Source: Epiperipatus broadwayi (taxonomy: Eukaryota > Animalia > Onychophora). Taken from it: a stretch of 64,000 bases of DNA. Positions within the stretch are counted from its first letter, which is position 1. Every line of letters begins with the position of its first letter. The position numbers were made by a program, and so were the translations under genes. Location of the stretch: the NCBI GenBank assembly GCA_028023455.1, contig JAQFVV010000010.1, forward strand, positions 2,976,001-3,040,000, written 5' to 3'. This document shows positions 24,503 to 39,510 of the stretch, in pieces. Under the pieces are notes generated by a model. The model was not told the DNA's origin. It searched no databases and saw nothing but the letters and a program-made list of their open reading frames with translations.

Positions 24503-24612
24503 ACACTGTCTCAATGTTAGTTAATTCATTATTACTTCTTTTGAAAGAATTTGTCCCACACTATCTCAATGTTAGTTAATTCATTATTACTTCTTTTGAA
24601 GGAATCTGTCCC
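24503..24612 (+). repeat. 55-bp tandem duplication, 2 copies
   Basis: acact(g/a)tctcaatgttagttaattcattattacttcttttgaa(a/g)gaat(t/c)tgtccc occurs twice. Confidence 0.9.
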
Positions 24613-27600
24613 TATTCTAATAATGCAAATTAATTCAGTGAATTAACATTCATTCCTAGAGATAAATAAAGAATTATGAAGATTGATGAATTCTAATTTT
24701 AAAATAACATTTAATAAAATAAATAACAAAGTAATAAAATTACAATCTATTCATCTGCACTCATCCTTCTTATATAATAATAACACATACATATTACATA
24801 AATTATTAGTAGAAATTAATACAAATAATATATATTCAGAATATTATATGACTTTTTTTGGATTAGCAGCAATAATAAAGCTCTTAGTGAAAGTTCATTA
24901 ATAACTTCTTGTTTGTTCATTTAAGGTTTATATATTTTGTCAAAAACTAAGAAAGCTTTTACAATGATATATTTCTTAGATTTTACTGCAGATTTTTCCT
25001 AATTAGATAGCTGTTTGTAATGTTATCATGGTCAAGGTCTTTTTAAGATTCCTTATTGACTATTATCTTGTCCATGATTTCTTGCATGAATTTGTTCAGT
25101 TATAAACTTGCTGGGATCTTCAGTGTGATATAACATGGCTAAAATCAAAGCATTTTTTTCAGATAATAAAGAACAAAATGCATTGACAAACATATATGGT
25201 GTCTATCAAGTAATCTAGGTCATTTCTCCAATGTAGGTAGGAGTTTCCACACAGGATCTTTTCCTACTTCTGCACTCTAAACTAAAAAAAATAAAACAAC
25301 TACTTTTAAAAGTCCCAGGATCACTTTATATATCCTCTTGCCATTCGCTTATGCATGCACCTTGTCATATAAAAAGTTAATAATTAAATAATTTTGAGAT
25401 TTCATACTTAAATCCAAATAACGGAGATAAAACAAGATAGGAATAAAATATAATTTAATTATAAATTATACTAATGGTCAGACCTAGCTATATTAATAAA
25501 AATATTATAAACTATGGTTACCTTTCCAGAACATTAAATAGCTCCTAAGTAACTGAAGAGAAATTAAATTCTCCATGGACTATGAATTTATATTAGGTTT
25601 AAACTGCGAAATCCCTGGGGGAATATTTTTACACCATCAGTATTATTAAAACATACTATGACTAATTTAGTAGAGTAAGAACTCTTATCTCACTAACTAT
25701 TACAAAATTTAATTTATTATTTAAATGGTCAGAATTTATGAGGTGATATAGAAGGCTGGATTAATAAATAACAAAAAAAAATATTTATTATACAATAAGA
25801 CATATTAAGACATTAATACATTAAGTTATAAAATAATAATAAATACTCAAATATTATCATGCTTCATGTGATTATACTTAAAACAAAAGTCTTATCAAAG
25901 TCTCCAATTTAAAATCTTTCTTTGTTAAGCTTAACATTTTTCTTCATTTGTTTGTTTTTACATCATGGAGTCCATTCCAGTATTTAAGACACTGTAAATC
26001 CATCCTTGAAAATTTAGAATCATTAAGTTTTCAATTTCTTTAGCTGCTTTATATTTTAAATTATTAAAGGTATACTCCTTGATTACTAACCTGGGGCTCT
26101 TATTAAGATCACATTTCTTCATCTCTTCAGACACAAATATTCTGTGAGAGAACTTTATCTGTAGGCATAATTTAACATAGGTTGAATGCAATCCAGATAT
26201 GGCAGTTCAAATTTGATTACATATCAGAATAACAATAAATAATTAATCCAGGCTATATTGATCTGGGGTAAATGGCGCATACATAGTGGATTTAACTACC
26301 CTAGGCCATAATAATCATTTTATATTTATTTCTGTTGATAACTTGGCTGCTAAATAAAATGAACTTAAAATCTTTACAAGCTGCTAATGATGACTGTAAA
26401 ACCAAAAGACAGACTCTAGATGCTGGGGAAAAGCACAAGCTTTCAATAAAAATTTTAAATCACATTTTTATTTAAACTGTCATTATTTAAAAATAAATAA
26501 ATCATATTTATCCTCTTTCAAATCATTTTTAATTAATTTTATTAATAATAAGAATATTTGTTACAATAAAAAAATCTTTTATAAATTTAATATGTTAACA
26601 AAACTTTTTTTTTTTTAAAAAAAAAAATCAGATATCAATTATTTAAACTTTGAATAATTCAATATTAAAATTAGAGACAATAAAAGCAAATTTAAATTTT
26701 TAAACTAAAAAGGTGTTTTTCTTTTTAAACTTACTATTTTTTTTTAAATATTTTTTTAAAACAATTACCCTAGAAGTAACCAATTATGTATCTTGCTTTG
26801 TAACTGATATAATATATTGAAGCAGTCAATCTTAGCTTAAGATTGAGCTTCATGTTTCCACCTACTAACCTGTATTCAAACCCTATATCCCATCCCGCTC
26901 CTTTTGTCATATATATATATATATTTTATGTATATGAGATGCGCACCTAAGTTATAAAATTCTAATGTTTCAATAACAATTTTTTATTATTATTAATTCT
27001 TGTTTATTAATTATTAGTTCCTTTTTATTAAAGTATTATAAGTGCGGCTCAAATATATATATATATAGGAGCAAAATACTAACAAAATATTGATTTTTTT
27101 GTAAATATTTTATTATACATTATTTGTAAACTTTTTCTGTTTAAAGTACTTTTTTTTACCTATTACAATGTATATTTTATAAAATCCAAGATGGAACGAT
27201 GCAACTGTTAATTGTCTAAAAATAATTAAAGGGTTGGAAACACTATTGTTTTAATCTGGGGAAGGTATTTTTAATTAAAGTTTTTACTTGAAATGGGGAT
27301 TAAGATTAAAGATTTTCTTTGTTATAAACATTTTTGTCAAATCTACTTCTAATCTGGAAATAGATTTGAATTTATTTTTGGACGTTATCTAACAGTTGCA
27401 TCTTTCAAAAACAATGGACTAAGTAATTAAAAGCATTCCAGAAATACTTGAGCAGGGTATAAAATGGCTGGATTTTAAATCACCAACAGATAGATGAGCT
27501 ACTATTGAGAGAACTGATTGTTAACATACTACTCGTCATTATGAAACTGAAAATGATGTAGTAGTAAATCCACCACCCTTCTCGGCCCTGTTGGGTCATC

Positions 27601-28711
27601 ATCTTCCGCTGCCGTACCATTCTGCTGCTCAAGAGTGAAGTAAAAGCCTGACCTAAGAACTTTAGAATGCTAATAGAAGTTTGCTGCCACCGAAGAACTT
27701 GCATTTCAATTGCTGTGCACGTGCCATACTAAATTGCAAGGTAACTTTTCAAGCCGTCACCTCAAACTAAATCTAGCCTAACTCATCTATCAAGATTTCT
27801 TCTAATGTGTTATTTAACTTTGTTTTTCGTACGCAATTTGCTTTTAAGTGAGTTCTATAAATTTAATTCTCTCTCATATGCTCTTAACTTTCCTTACTTT
27901 GGTGCGGTCATTAATTTACATGTATTTATTCTTTGATTTATATATCTGCTTGTTTATTATTAATATGCCAATTTCCAGCAACCTAGCAAACTTAATTTCT
28001 AAAATCCTTTTTGTCTTTCAATTAAATCTCCATTAATTAAGGTTTTTAACATTCCCTCAAAATATATTATATGACATATGTTCGCCAGTTTTTTTTTTTT
28101 ATGAATCAACATTTTATGTTGGTTTATTATAAAATCATTTGATCAACTCCGAATAGATTAAAGCAATTCTACCCAGGGTAAATCCACCATTCAAGCTAAT
28201 TAAAGCTTTGAAATCTTTTAAAATGTTTTTTTTTAAATTCTGAAAGAGTGACCCATTAATTATTTTTTATAACTGCCAGTTTTCTTTTATTTTCCATACT
28301 CTTAAAATGTCAAATATTGTATTTAAATATTCCAGTTGCTATAAAAACCACGAGGGTGGGATTGAATTATTTTAAATGTCAGAAAGGGAAGGGGGGTAAA
28401 TTGTAATATTTTACTGTTTTAGTTATTAAGTAAAATCTTGTGTCTATATATATTATAACTGCATAGCATATTATTTATCTAAATTAAGGCATTCAAATAA
28501 GGGTCATTCATTTTAAAGCAGTAAACTTATTCAATGTCGTTAGTGACATTTATCAGTACTGCGTTACTGACATTTGACCTTATCTTCGTGATTATATATA
28601 TATGCTTCTTAATCTGGGGGTTACGACAAGTTCGAACCCATAGATTTCTTTTCAAGCCTCGTCCTGAGGATAGTTAATCTTCCCAGGACTATTTATTTTG
28701 TATAACAAGAT

Positions 28712-28880
28712 CTCTGGCAATGATTCCCATAAGTCTGGCACACACTATGCCTATCCACTTTCTTTGTATAAAAAGGCCTCTGGTAGTGATTCCCTAAGTC
28801 TGGCACATGCTATGCCTATCCACTTTCTTTGTACAAAAGGCCTGCACATTGGCGATATCCATGGCATGCTTATCCACTTC
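28712..28880 (+). repeat. Tandem repeat of about 66 bp, about 2.3 copies
   Basis: ctctgg...gattccc.taagtctggcac...tatgcctatccactttctttgta.aaaaggc at 28712 and 28778, plus a partial third copy. Confidence 0.8.
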
Positions 28881-31800
28881 GTCTTTCGTCCAGAAGCACG
28901 ACTTTTCCTGTTATTCTTGGTTATTATGTCAGCACTGCAAACTTCTTGATATTATTAATTCTTTTGCTTCATGACCCAGTTTTAATGCTCTAATATTAAA
29001 ATCGCACTCTGCTTAAAATATATATAAATGCCAACTACTTTTAGTTTTATTAATTAAATTTCTTTCAGTCTTATACAATCCCACCATCATAACTTATTCC
29101 TGTATTTAAGAGTATCTATATACCTTGGGGAAATAAAGCGTTCTTCTTACCAGCGCTAATTAAAAGAAGTTTCATTAATTATTTTGTCATATAATCAGAT
29201 ATGTTTTCAAATGTATTTTATTTATTTTCACGACCGTAATGGCGTGAAAATAGTTTGTATTATATCTGTAATGAATCTAGGAATGCTCCCCAAAATAGTT
29301 TGTCACCATGTTTCAGACCGGTATATAAAAGCATTAATAGCAATAGTATGTAATTCTTTCTAATAATCGATTGGCATCTTAATATTGGACCCACCAAAGA
29401 TGTGTGTTTATGTATAGTATATATTATTTAATTAATAAAAGAGCATATGAGAAATAATAGCGTGAATGACAGTATATAATTATCTATTGTTTGGTAGACA
29501 GCTTGCTCATTCACACACATACTAATGTATGCAATTAACTAAGTCATAATGTATAATAATTTGTCATTATATTAAACTATATTTTATTGTCTAATTTGTT
29601 TGAGTAGTTCGAATTCCTTTTTCTCCACTTCCAAAAGTACAGCCATGCTTATGTATATTTTAGTTTAGTAATAGTTAATACATGTCTCATTGTCTTTACA
29701 CTTTGCTAGTGGGCTGGATTAAGAATTAGTTATCATGTGCCATCATTGTTATGTTATCCATTAGGTGTTTGATCTGGGGCTTAGAGAGTGGGTTCGAATT
29801 CAGGCTGGTCCCTGACCTAAATCTCGGGCTTGACTGGGTTTGAAGTACATTTTGTGAGTTCCAGTTCATGTTAGATGGATAAACATGTTTTGATTGGTAC
29901 AATATATATATATTATGATGAATTATACTGGAATTTCCCAACATATTCACATCTGCAGGTATTTTAGTCTAATATTATTGGGCACCACCAGATTACAGAG
30001 AAATCTGGCTGTTATAATTATTTACACAGATAGCTATGGACCTGAATAATTCATTATCTAAGACAATTCATTATAACCTATAGTAACATTACTAATTTCT
30101 TACCTATTCTTTAGGATATTTAATTTCCAGCCTTCCACATATACAAATATAATTATCCCCAGTATAAGATCTAATCAATAACAATACTATTACTTTAACT
30201 TTCACTAGCTTACTATATAGTAACAATTTTATTTCTTATAAGCATACCTCCTCAAGCACCTATATGTATCACATGTCCTTATATGATTCGATGCTTAAGG
30301 AAATCTTATTTAATGTATAAATTTATATTAGTCAGATAAAATTAATTTAAATTATGATAGCTGTTTACACATTAATATGATACAATTGAGTTATAACTAT
30401 AATTAGTTTTTAATTTAATCTGGATTGAAAAACAAACAATTGGGTAATATTGATTATAATTTCAATAACTATTTTCATCAGAATAAATATTTTAATGCCT
30501 TCCCTTTTATCAGAATTTATATAATAAATCAAATAGTAGTACTTTTAAGTTTGCAATCCTAGACCGAAAGAATAGAATCACATAACATTTTAATATTTTA
30601 TAAATTCATATAATTCTAAATTATGTTAATTACTGGTGGTTAAAAATGAGATAAATTCTTCTGTAATATGTAAATTATGTTTGTACAATTTGAACATCAT
30701 TTAAAAATTCAGGCATATAATAGATTCAACCCCTGAATAATGTATGGTAAGCAAAGGTTGACATATATATTGTAGCTATAAAAAATCTGATGTAGTCCAG
30801 ATTGATTATATTATAACAATGCAGAGAAAAAAAAGGAATTAATAAAAACCCATGTGAACTGAATAATAAATATACAAACTGCCAAATACATGTCACTTGA
30901 GAAATAAAAAGTATACTGCCTAAATATTAAAATAAAAATTAATTCATGCACATTATTAAAGATTGCTAAGTATTATTTTGTAATACATGAAAAACCGATG
31001 ATAATAACATTGTAAAGAGAGAAAAAAAAAGTAGACTTGATACGTAAAAGAATTGTGTAGTTTCTAAAAATGAAAAAAAAAACCTTCAATTTGAATCTGT
31101 TCTAGTTTGTCTTTCTTGAACTAAGTTTTAAATAAAACTTCCCATATTTCTATAGTAAAACTAGATAGCAAAGCTAAAAATAAGATTAAAATTTGGGGAA
31201 TTGATAATATTTTAGGTTATAATTAAAACTTTAAAGTCGGCAATGAATTTTCTTTTACCTATGTTACAGAATGTAAATGAAGAGAAAAAATGACAAACTA
31301 TTTTTTTCTCTCTTCTTCTTTTACTTCATTTACTTAGGTATAAAATCAGAATATAATGACATAAAATTTGTATTACACAACATGTTTAGGAGTAGAGGTA
31401 TTTTTTAAAAAATATATTTTTGTAATGACTCAAATGTCATATTTTCCTTAGCTGGTGATATATGTTGTTTTAGGTATAAATAGCCCAGAAACAAGCAATT
31501 AGGCTTTATTGTTGCCATCATTCTAATTCTAAAAGTCCAGCAGTTCATTCCATATTGTCTTGCATTAGAATGCAGTCTACTATTGAAGCTGATATATAAA
31601 AACCCATACTGTGGATACTGTATTGCTATAATATAGATAAGCTTGAAGGATAAGTGAATTCACTTGTTTTTTAAAATCTTTGCTTATGGGTGTGTTAATT
31701 TAAATTAAAACAGCACGTAGACTTCCGAATATATTACAATAAATACTGAACAATATAAAAAATATTTATCAAATGACAATAATAATAAAAAATTTATGAC

Positions 31801-33049
31801 AATAACTATCTATAGTTGGTATATACATGAACAGCAGTTAGTCTCTTCAAATAAAGTCTAAAGTTTCTTGTCTTTGAAAGTTTCAAAACAGATTTAAATA
31901 TATATGTTACCTGAGTAAATTAATAGAAACATGTTAAAAAATGGAAGAGTTCTTTTGTTAAATTACATTTAAAATATGCATATTTTGCTGCTTTGAGTTC
32001 ATTTTTATTTTACTCTCCTTGGAAAATAAGGCATGTGATAATCAGTATCTGATTTTAAATCTTATAGGTCAGCAATCAGAAATTTGACATCCTAAATTAA
32101 AATTCAGACTTCTACTTTTTTTTTTCTTAAAATGGTTGATGTGAGTAGGAACATTTTTTATGAATGCTTTCTGAAATCCATGGAGATTAATAGAGTGTAA
32201 GCTTTAGTTTTCTATGTAGACATTCTTAAATTAAGTGAGTAAAAAATCATTTTATTTTCCAGTTCATGCAAAAATTATCAGTCTATTGGCACACATACTG
32301 GCCCTTCAGCAAACTAGCACAGAAATGAGACAAAGATTTTTCTCTTTTTTACTTTATTTTTCAGAATTCTGATCAATCAAACATCCCTATTAGATTCTAC
32401 ATTAATTACTAAAATACAAAAAAAAATTCCAACTACTATTTTTATTTTCTTATAACCAAAAACTGGAAATCTCACTATACATATAATATCAGTAGATAAC
32501 AAATTCTGGTACTTACATATTAGATGTGCAACATATTAGACCTAGTATGCCTTTTCACATTCATATCAATTCTCTGATAACTTTCTAATCTTGTGATCTA
32601 ACCAAATAACATGTACACTTGGATCTTGTACAAACTTAAAATGATAAATTTATCAAAATGGGTGTATACATGATATTTTTGCAAGATTTACAAAGTTATC
32701 AGCAATCTGACTATGTATGCGAAAACGCAATACATGACAGTAATTGCACCAGACTAAATCTAACATAACAATACTAAAAATATTAATTTCACACAAAAAT
32801 AAATCTGAAAAAGTTTTATGCAATTCCCTTAATGTTATTTTAAATAAAGATAAAACAATCATTAAATTACAGAACACTTAAAATATACATATATGGTACT
32901 TACCATGTAATTTATAACAGGAATTGTCACAATGAACAATCAATTTGTCTATTGTCTATTCAAAGTAGATAAAATTTTGTTTCAAAATGGAGACTAAAAG
33001 TAAAATTTTTTATTTTTCCTAAAATGGAGACTTACTAACACCTGCATAA

Positions 33050-33700
33050 GATCTTCACCAGAAATGTTATTAAGTAGTAAATGTATTTTTTCAAAATCGA
33101 CAAAAAAAAAATTAAATTACTACACTTTTATTATTTCTTCAATGCAGTGGACTAATTTTTTTTATGTCTTCCAGTACGATTTACATGAAAATGGTCAGTA
33201 ACCAGCAGCTCGTAATTTAGCAGTTTTATAGGCTTTCCAACAGTTTGAATAAATTGTTGATTTCTATTCCACATTTTGTTTAATGACTTTCATCAGAATT
33301 GCTGCTGTTCTACCATAAATTCTCTGATGAAACACTTGTCAGCCTCCCTGCACAAGGCATCAAACATCCACTGTTTGAGAAGACCTCTGTTTTCCCCATT
33401 CCGTGAATGATAATTTGAAAGCCCAGCTGTAAATAAATCAGATCGCTGTCAAAAATGAAATTCTGGAACCATCCAACTCATTCCCTTACAAAGGTCTATT
33501 TTATTATTACATCCTTGAACATTACAATGCTATTACTCAACCGAAGTGTGGATGTACTCAACTGCATTGATGTAGTATTAATCAGAAAATTGAAATAAAT
33601 AAATCAGCACTGAAGTAAAAAACACTCTGAGAAATTGTCCAAATGAAATCTGAACAATAAATGAAAGTGTAAATTTATCACATTATTGGACAAGATCGGA
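33050..33700 (-). mobile_element. Merlin (ISXO2/IS1016-like) DNA transposase remnant
   Basis: Minus-strand QWMFDALCREADKCF / RTAAILMKVIKQNVE.KSTIYSNCWKAYKTAKLRAAGY.HF.VN matches the Merlin W.FG..CR...CF / I.SD.WKAY...H..VNH motifs. TIR and TSD not confirmed. Confidence 0.75.
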
Positions 33701-36700
33701 TGAGATCACAGGGTTTATTTGACAGGATCACAAGGTTAGAAATGTATCGTGACTGTAAAAAGGCATACCATCTCTCCTACATTGCAGGACTAATATTTAA
33801 GTACCCAATTTCTTCATGTTGTTATTTATCTAACTGCCTCCCAATTTTATTTAGACTAAAAGCATTCTTCTTTAATTAAAGCATATCAAATTATAGATCT
33901 CAACTTGATTAATTTTTAAATATATTATTTGTTAACTCTAATATTTATTAAATGTATTACCTATTAAACATATTATATATTTCCCCATATTAAAACATTA
34001 TTTATATGAATTAATGTATTTGATATGTGAATCTATATATACTTACATGCAAATAACTTTAAATAATTCTACTCATTTCTTTTATAATAAATAGCAACTT
34101 AAACTATTTCTCTGATGAACTCACTTTAACTCTATTTCTTACAATCAATTTTATGCTCCTATAAGCTTTATCATCTGCCTCCAATACTATCCCAGATATG
34201 AACCATCTATCTTTATCCACTTTTCTATCCTTTCTTCTCTCATTGGGCATTAAAACAATTGCCATGAAATATTTTATTTCAATATATATATATATATTGT
34301 AACCTAGATAGGCACCAGAAATATTGATTGTAATTATATGGCACTGTTGCAGTAACAGCTGATTGCATCTTACTAAAAAAAAAAAGTGAAATAACCTGAA
34401 ATTTTTAAATTTTTTTTTATTAATGACCTAAAACTATGTTTAAAAGCACTTGCAGATATAATTTGTCTGAGATATTTAATACTTTTCTTTAGTGAGTATT
34501 TAATGATAAAAAGGGGGGGGGGGCAGCTTGTCACAGAAATTGTCACTTCATTTAAATTGCCCCAAGTTTGTTTTCTTTGTCTGCAGAACAGTGATTGATA
34601 TCAGTTTAGGTAATTTCCTGGTTTATTTACTTTTAATATTTCAATCCATAGTGTAAATAGTGCAGTATATTTGGTTCATAATCATAGAAACTTTCATTTA
34701 GTCAGATTGGTTTAGTACTTGTGGTACAGCATTTATAAATATGCATGTATGCTTGTGCCATCTTTCAGCTTCATTTTTCAGTCATGTACTTTATTATACT
34801 ACCAGATATCATGTTTCACAGCAAAATATTTAATTTCCTAATCAATAGCTTGGATGACCAGTTTAAATCCATTTTAAATGAATTAATAGATCACTGAACC
34901 AGTTGATTATCAAACAGACAAATACATTATCAATTATATTATTTGCTAAAATAATTATTTTTTTTGTTACTTTAGAAATGTAAAAGATTTTATTTTTGGT
35001 TCAATTTAATTAATTTTTTTTTAAAAGACAACATGTTTTTTTTTCTTTCTTTCTTTTTCAAGAGAGAAAAGTTCTTGCGTAATTTGTAACTAATTATATC
35101 AGACAATGGGATAAGTAACCTTTGTTCTAGAGTTGAACTTTTGAATGACCTTGGATTGGTGGAAGAAACAAATGCTCGAGTAATAATTTGATATAAAAAG
35201 GGGTACTTTTACAAAAGAGTTGGCTTTTCTGATTACAACATTTCTCTCTCCACCAAAGGGTTTTATTACTATCATTTTTTTCTCTACAAATTGGTTCTTC
35301 CATAGTTCAAGATTAAAAGTAAAAACTTATATTAATTTTCTGGATGAAAACAGCTCAGAAATTCTTCTTAGAAAAATAAAAAGATTAAAATGTAGATGTA
35401 AACAACTTTGGAAACAATGTATATTTTCTACAATTCTAATTGACTAATCTAAATTTAAAATCATCATTTGGGATGCATATGTATATTTATATTTCAAATT
35501 TGTTTTGCCTAAATTTTATCTCTAATATTAAAGAAGCAATTGAAATGTGTGTCTATATTATAAGTTTGATTTGCCTAGATTTAATCTCTAACATTAAAGA
35601 AATAACTGGAATGTGTGAATTTTAATGTTATTCTGGAAAATTTATGCTAAACTTTTTCATAAAACACTTCAAAGACTCTTTGTTGATAATTTTTACTAGC
35701 TATAAAAGAATAAAGTTTAAATGGAAGGATGTGTGCAGATAACTTATGATAACATACTTTTATTATTATTGACAAAAAATTGATACCTAACCTTTTGCAT
35801 CTCTAGAAATAAGAAACAAAATGTGTGACAATTAATGAATTATTAACTTACCTCTGAATGTATTTATAACTGAACGAGTGGGAGAACATGGAAACTAGAT
35901 GTTGATATTTACATTGTACTATTGCTCCTCATTTATATTTGATTTTTATTATTATTATTATTAAAGATATTATCAATAAACTTATATAAATTTAAATGGA
36001 TTTTATAAACTAAGTAATTATTGCCTAATGAATGACTTTTGAGAATTTAGAACAAATGCTTTAACAACTGTAATGAATTAATTAATAAATTATTGCTCAA
36101 CTTATGCCATAATAAATATTTATTTGCCATCATGAAAAGTTTCATGTGATATTGCCAGTAGTTTCATTACCTATCGCTAAAAACTTTGAAATGCTCTCCA
36201 ATTGGATCTAATTAATATTATTTGTCTCTCTGCAGGAAATTGTTATATGTGTATCCATATCTATTATTATACAAGTGATTATCATCATTTTCGTACATGA
36301 CCAAGATGTGTCATCTATAGATTGTAAATGAACTTTTATTTTCCAGCTTAAAAAAAAAAGCTTTAATCATTATTATTATTGTGTTAGCATTTGATAGATA
36401 GGTAGACTAATTATTTGTCTTATATTTTTTTATTATTATTTAATTATTATTTCTCTCTTCAAGAACGTCTCAGAAAAGTATAGTATGGAGAAATATTATA
36501 TTGAATAATTAGTTATTATTTTAATAGAGTTTTTATTGTGTACTTGGGTTTCTATATGCGATGTTGGCAATAGAAATATTTGTTTGCTATTAACGAATAA
36601 ATTGTTTTATCCCTGCGTTCTTAAGAAATTATGAGGTTTATTTCTCAATAATTATTTTACTTCAAATTTAAAGATTTGTAATTCATCACAAGTAAAACTT

Positions 36701-37554
36701 TTATTTCAATTATTGGTTAATGTCAATTACACTAAAGAGTTAATTTAACTTTGCTTTGTTAGAAGGATGAGGTTTATTCATCAGTAACCATTATATTATA
36801 AATTTAAACATTTATAATTCATCAGAAATGAGTCTTTTTCTTTTCTTTTATACTTATTAATTAAGGTCATTACAGTATTTATTTATTAAATGCGAATTGA
36901 AATTGTTTTATGCATTATTATGCTTGTACCTGTCTGTTATTTAATCCAGTCATATAATTGTTGAACTAAAAAGTAGAATGACTTGCTTCAATAGATTTTG
37001 GATGACGTGATATGTCAAAAAGAAGTGGAAGAATTAGGGATTTATTTAAGAGTGAAATTTTTTTATATGCTTAGATTGAAATGTATTAGTGGCTGTGCAG
37101 AAAGAAATTGTTTATGTTATATATTGAATTGTCAGGGATTGAGAGATCTCATGTTAGTAAAGTAAGAATATTTACATTAAATAATAATACATAAATTATC
37201 AGAAGCAATTAAAATAGTCTTCAACATTGTTTTTAAAAATGAGCTAGAATAGTTATTTTTATTTCCTTCTGATAATTCATATATTATTATTTCATGCCCT
37301 GAAAAGTTTGGCACAGATGATAGAGACTCAACATGGAAGCGGGAGGTCCCAGATTTCATTCTGGCACTTGAATTTCTTATGAACTCCCGAGCAATAAAGC
37401 TATGTGTCTTTTTTCTTCGTTTCATTTAAATATTATTTAAATATATTTTAATTATTAACTATATTATATTTCTTTTAATCTAATAATGTGAACAAAGCCA
37501 CAGCTACAACAATTAATACTTAACTAAAAAGTTAAAAATTGGCTGTTAGATAGT

Positions 37555-37715
37555 TCCATTAGATCCAAAAATCTATGTATAGTGTTCTCAAATTCAAAGC
37601 TTCTCATTGAACAAGGCCACAAACTAGAAACTAGTCTGGGGGATATTGGATAAATAGACACTAGATAAGGATTTTGATGCACAAACTTCTAGTTTCCATT
37701 GATTACTAAGGCTTG
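37555..37715 (+). mobile_element. Solo decayed fragment of family B with a degenerate hammerhead (37601-37642)
   Basis: ttctca-TTGAACA-aggccacaaacta-GAAACTAGTC-tggggg...gatattggat...cactagat...gattactaag is homologous to 44600-44720. Confidence 0.7.
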
Positions 37716-37815
37716 CACTGGGTAGCACTACTATATGAAGAGAATTACTATTGTATGTATAAATCAATGCATAAAAGAACAAAAAGCAAGAAAAAATTCT
37801 ATATAATATTCTTAC

Positions 37816-37889
37816 CCAGGTTTCATAAAAACTCTTCCAAAATGCAGTGTTGCCTTTAAATCTATCTCAATAATATGCTTTAAAAGATC
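37816..37889 (-). CDS. GPHN: Gephyrin coding exon, 74 bp: DLLKHIIEIDLKATLHFGRVFMKP(G)
   Basis: ttttag acceptor and gtaaga donor. Contains the HFGRVFMKPG motif of gephyrin/MoeA. Phase matches both neighbouring exons. Confidence 0.96.
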
Positions 37890-38894
37890 CTAAAAATAAA
37901 ATAATATTTTAAATCAAAAAGATCTGCATTTAACAAATTAATTTTAAAAACTGGGAGAGGGAGGAGATATGGACATGATTAACATTGTGTTTAATTCAAT
38001 AAGTGAAGAATATGATAAAGTATTTATTTAAAGATAAATATATATATTAGATTAATGTGCCTTTATGGCTATTATATATTTTATAATGGAGAGGATTAGT
38101 TAGCCTTATGTGACATACACATTTGATATATGTTAAACAAATTAAAGATTATATGTGTTGGGGTTGCCTTTATGACAGTTATAGTTTCTACAAATATAGA
38201 GAATACATTAATGGCTTAAGAAATACACATGATTTTATGGAGCAAATTATGCATTACATTGTTCAACAGACAAAACTAACCCAAGAGATAAACCTAGTGC
38301 AAATATATTACTGCTCAGAGCTCAAAATTATTTGCTGAGAAAAAAGATAAGAAAATAGTCTTTAAAATTAATTTATAAGCAGACAATAAAAGCAATATTA
38401 CTATGAACCAGAATACCTGTCCTTCAATTGCTATAATTGTAGTGAAACTCTTCATGCTGTTTGATGAAGCCCATTTAAGAATTTATATATCAGCTTGGAT
38501 TATTATGGTAATATACTACAATTAATAAAATTAGTAATATTTATGCCATAAAAGAATAGTATTCATCCAACAATTACATTCTGAAATTTCCAATAAAAAT
38601 TTTAAAAAATGTAATTTAAAAAAAAAAAAAAAAGTTTTTTATAGTTTATATTAACTGAGCATTGTGAAATCCTTTAATTAGTTAGTTTTGTTGATCAAAA
38701 TATTATAAAATTTATCATTTAATTATATATAACTCCAATTCTATAGATTTTTATATATAAAGCAGCTGGAAAGGATCAAGAAGCCCTTATTATGTGTTTG
38801 ATAAGATAATTTATTCACAGAAGTTCAAAATACTATTACTCAAATATATATTATATACATATATAATATTTAAATACAGATATACTTTTATATC

Positions 38895-39510
38895 CCTGGA
38901 GTTTAGATGTAATTATAGGGGATTTGAATCAGCCTTTAAGTTCCCTTCAGTTATCCAAGCTATTTCATACAACCGATACACATGACCACATATATGTGAA
39001 AAAGGTAAATGATCTCCAATATACTAAAACTCCAGGCATATAAAATCTACCTGCATTTAAATATTACAGATTCAGCCTGTATTCTGTCCATCCCTTTTCT
39101 GTCTATTGAAATAGTCAAAATCCTATGTATGAGGAGTCAGAATGACTTAAGGTCAATATGGTCATGACAATAATATTGGCATCATCAAGGGATTTGGCTA
39201 TTCTTTCATCAAATTTTCAATGGTATGGAAGGCTGAAAAGTTTGATGGTGGAGTAGATTAAAGTCTGTCCATTAAAGTTTAAAGATTTGCTATCTTAATA
39301 TAAACCAATGATTATATATATATATATGTGTGTGGAAGATCATAATCTGAACCAAATGATGAGTGCTGGTTCAGCATGAAATATGTATATTAAAGATCAT
39401 TTATCTTTTTCACATGTGTGTGGTCATGTGTATAAATTGTATGAGATAGATTGGATAGCTGAAGGGAGCTTGAAAGTCTGGGTTCAAACCCCCTATAATT
39501 AAATATATAT
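38895..39510. repeat. Inverted repeat with arms of about 115 bp and a spacer of about 380 bp
   Basis: About 38900-39015 (taattataggggatttgaatcagcc...acatgaccac...gaaaaaggtaaatgatct) is the reverse complement of about 39395-39510. Confidence 0.75.

Noticed and set aside
29735-29830. tRNA/SINE-like fragment with GGTTCGAATTC
   Set aside because: Only an imperfect B-box is present, with no clear A-box, cloverleaf or second copy, so no tRNA or SINE is called.
32895-33808. ggtactta...taagtacc as Merlin TIRs
   Set aside because: Only 8 bp match and there is no 8-9 bp TSD in the flanks.
36980-37430. Coding-like patches (CISGCAERNCLC; PEKFGTDDRDSTWKREVPDFIL; ORF 37177-37425)
   Set aside because: They are short, interrupted by stops and lack recognisable family motifs or splice context; at most a transposon relic.
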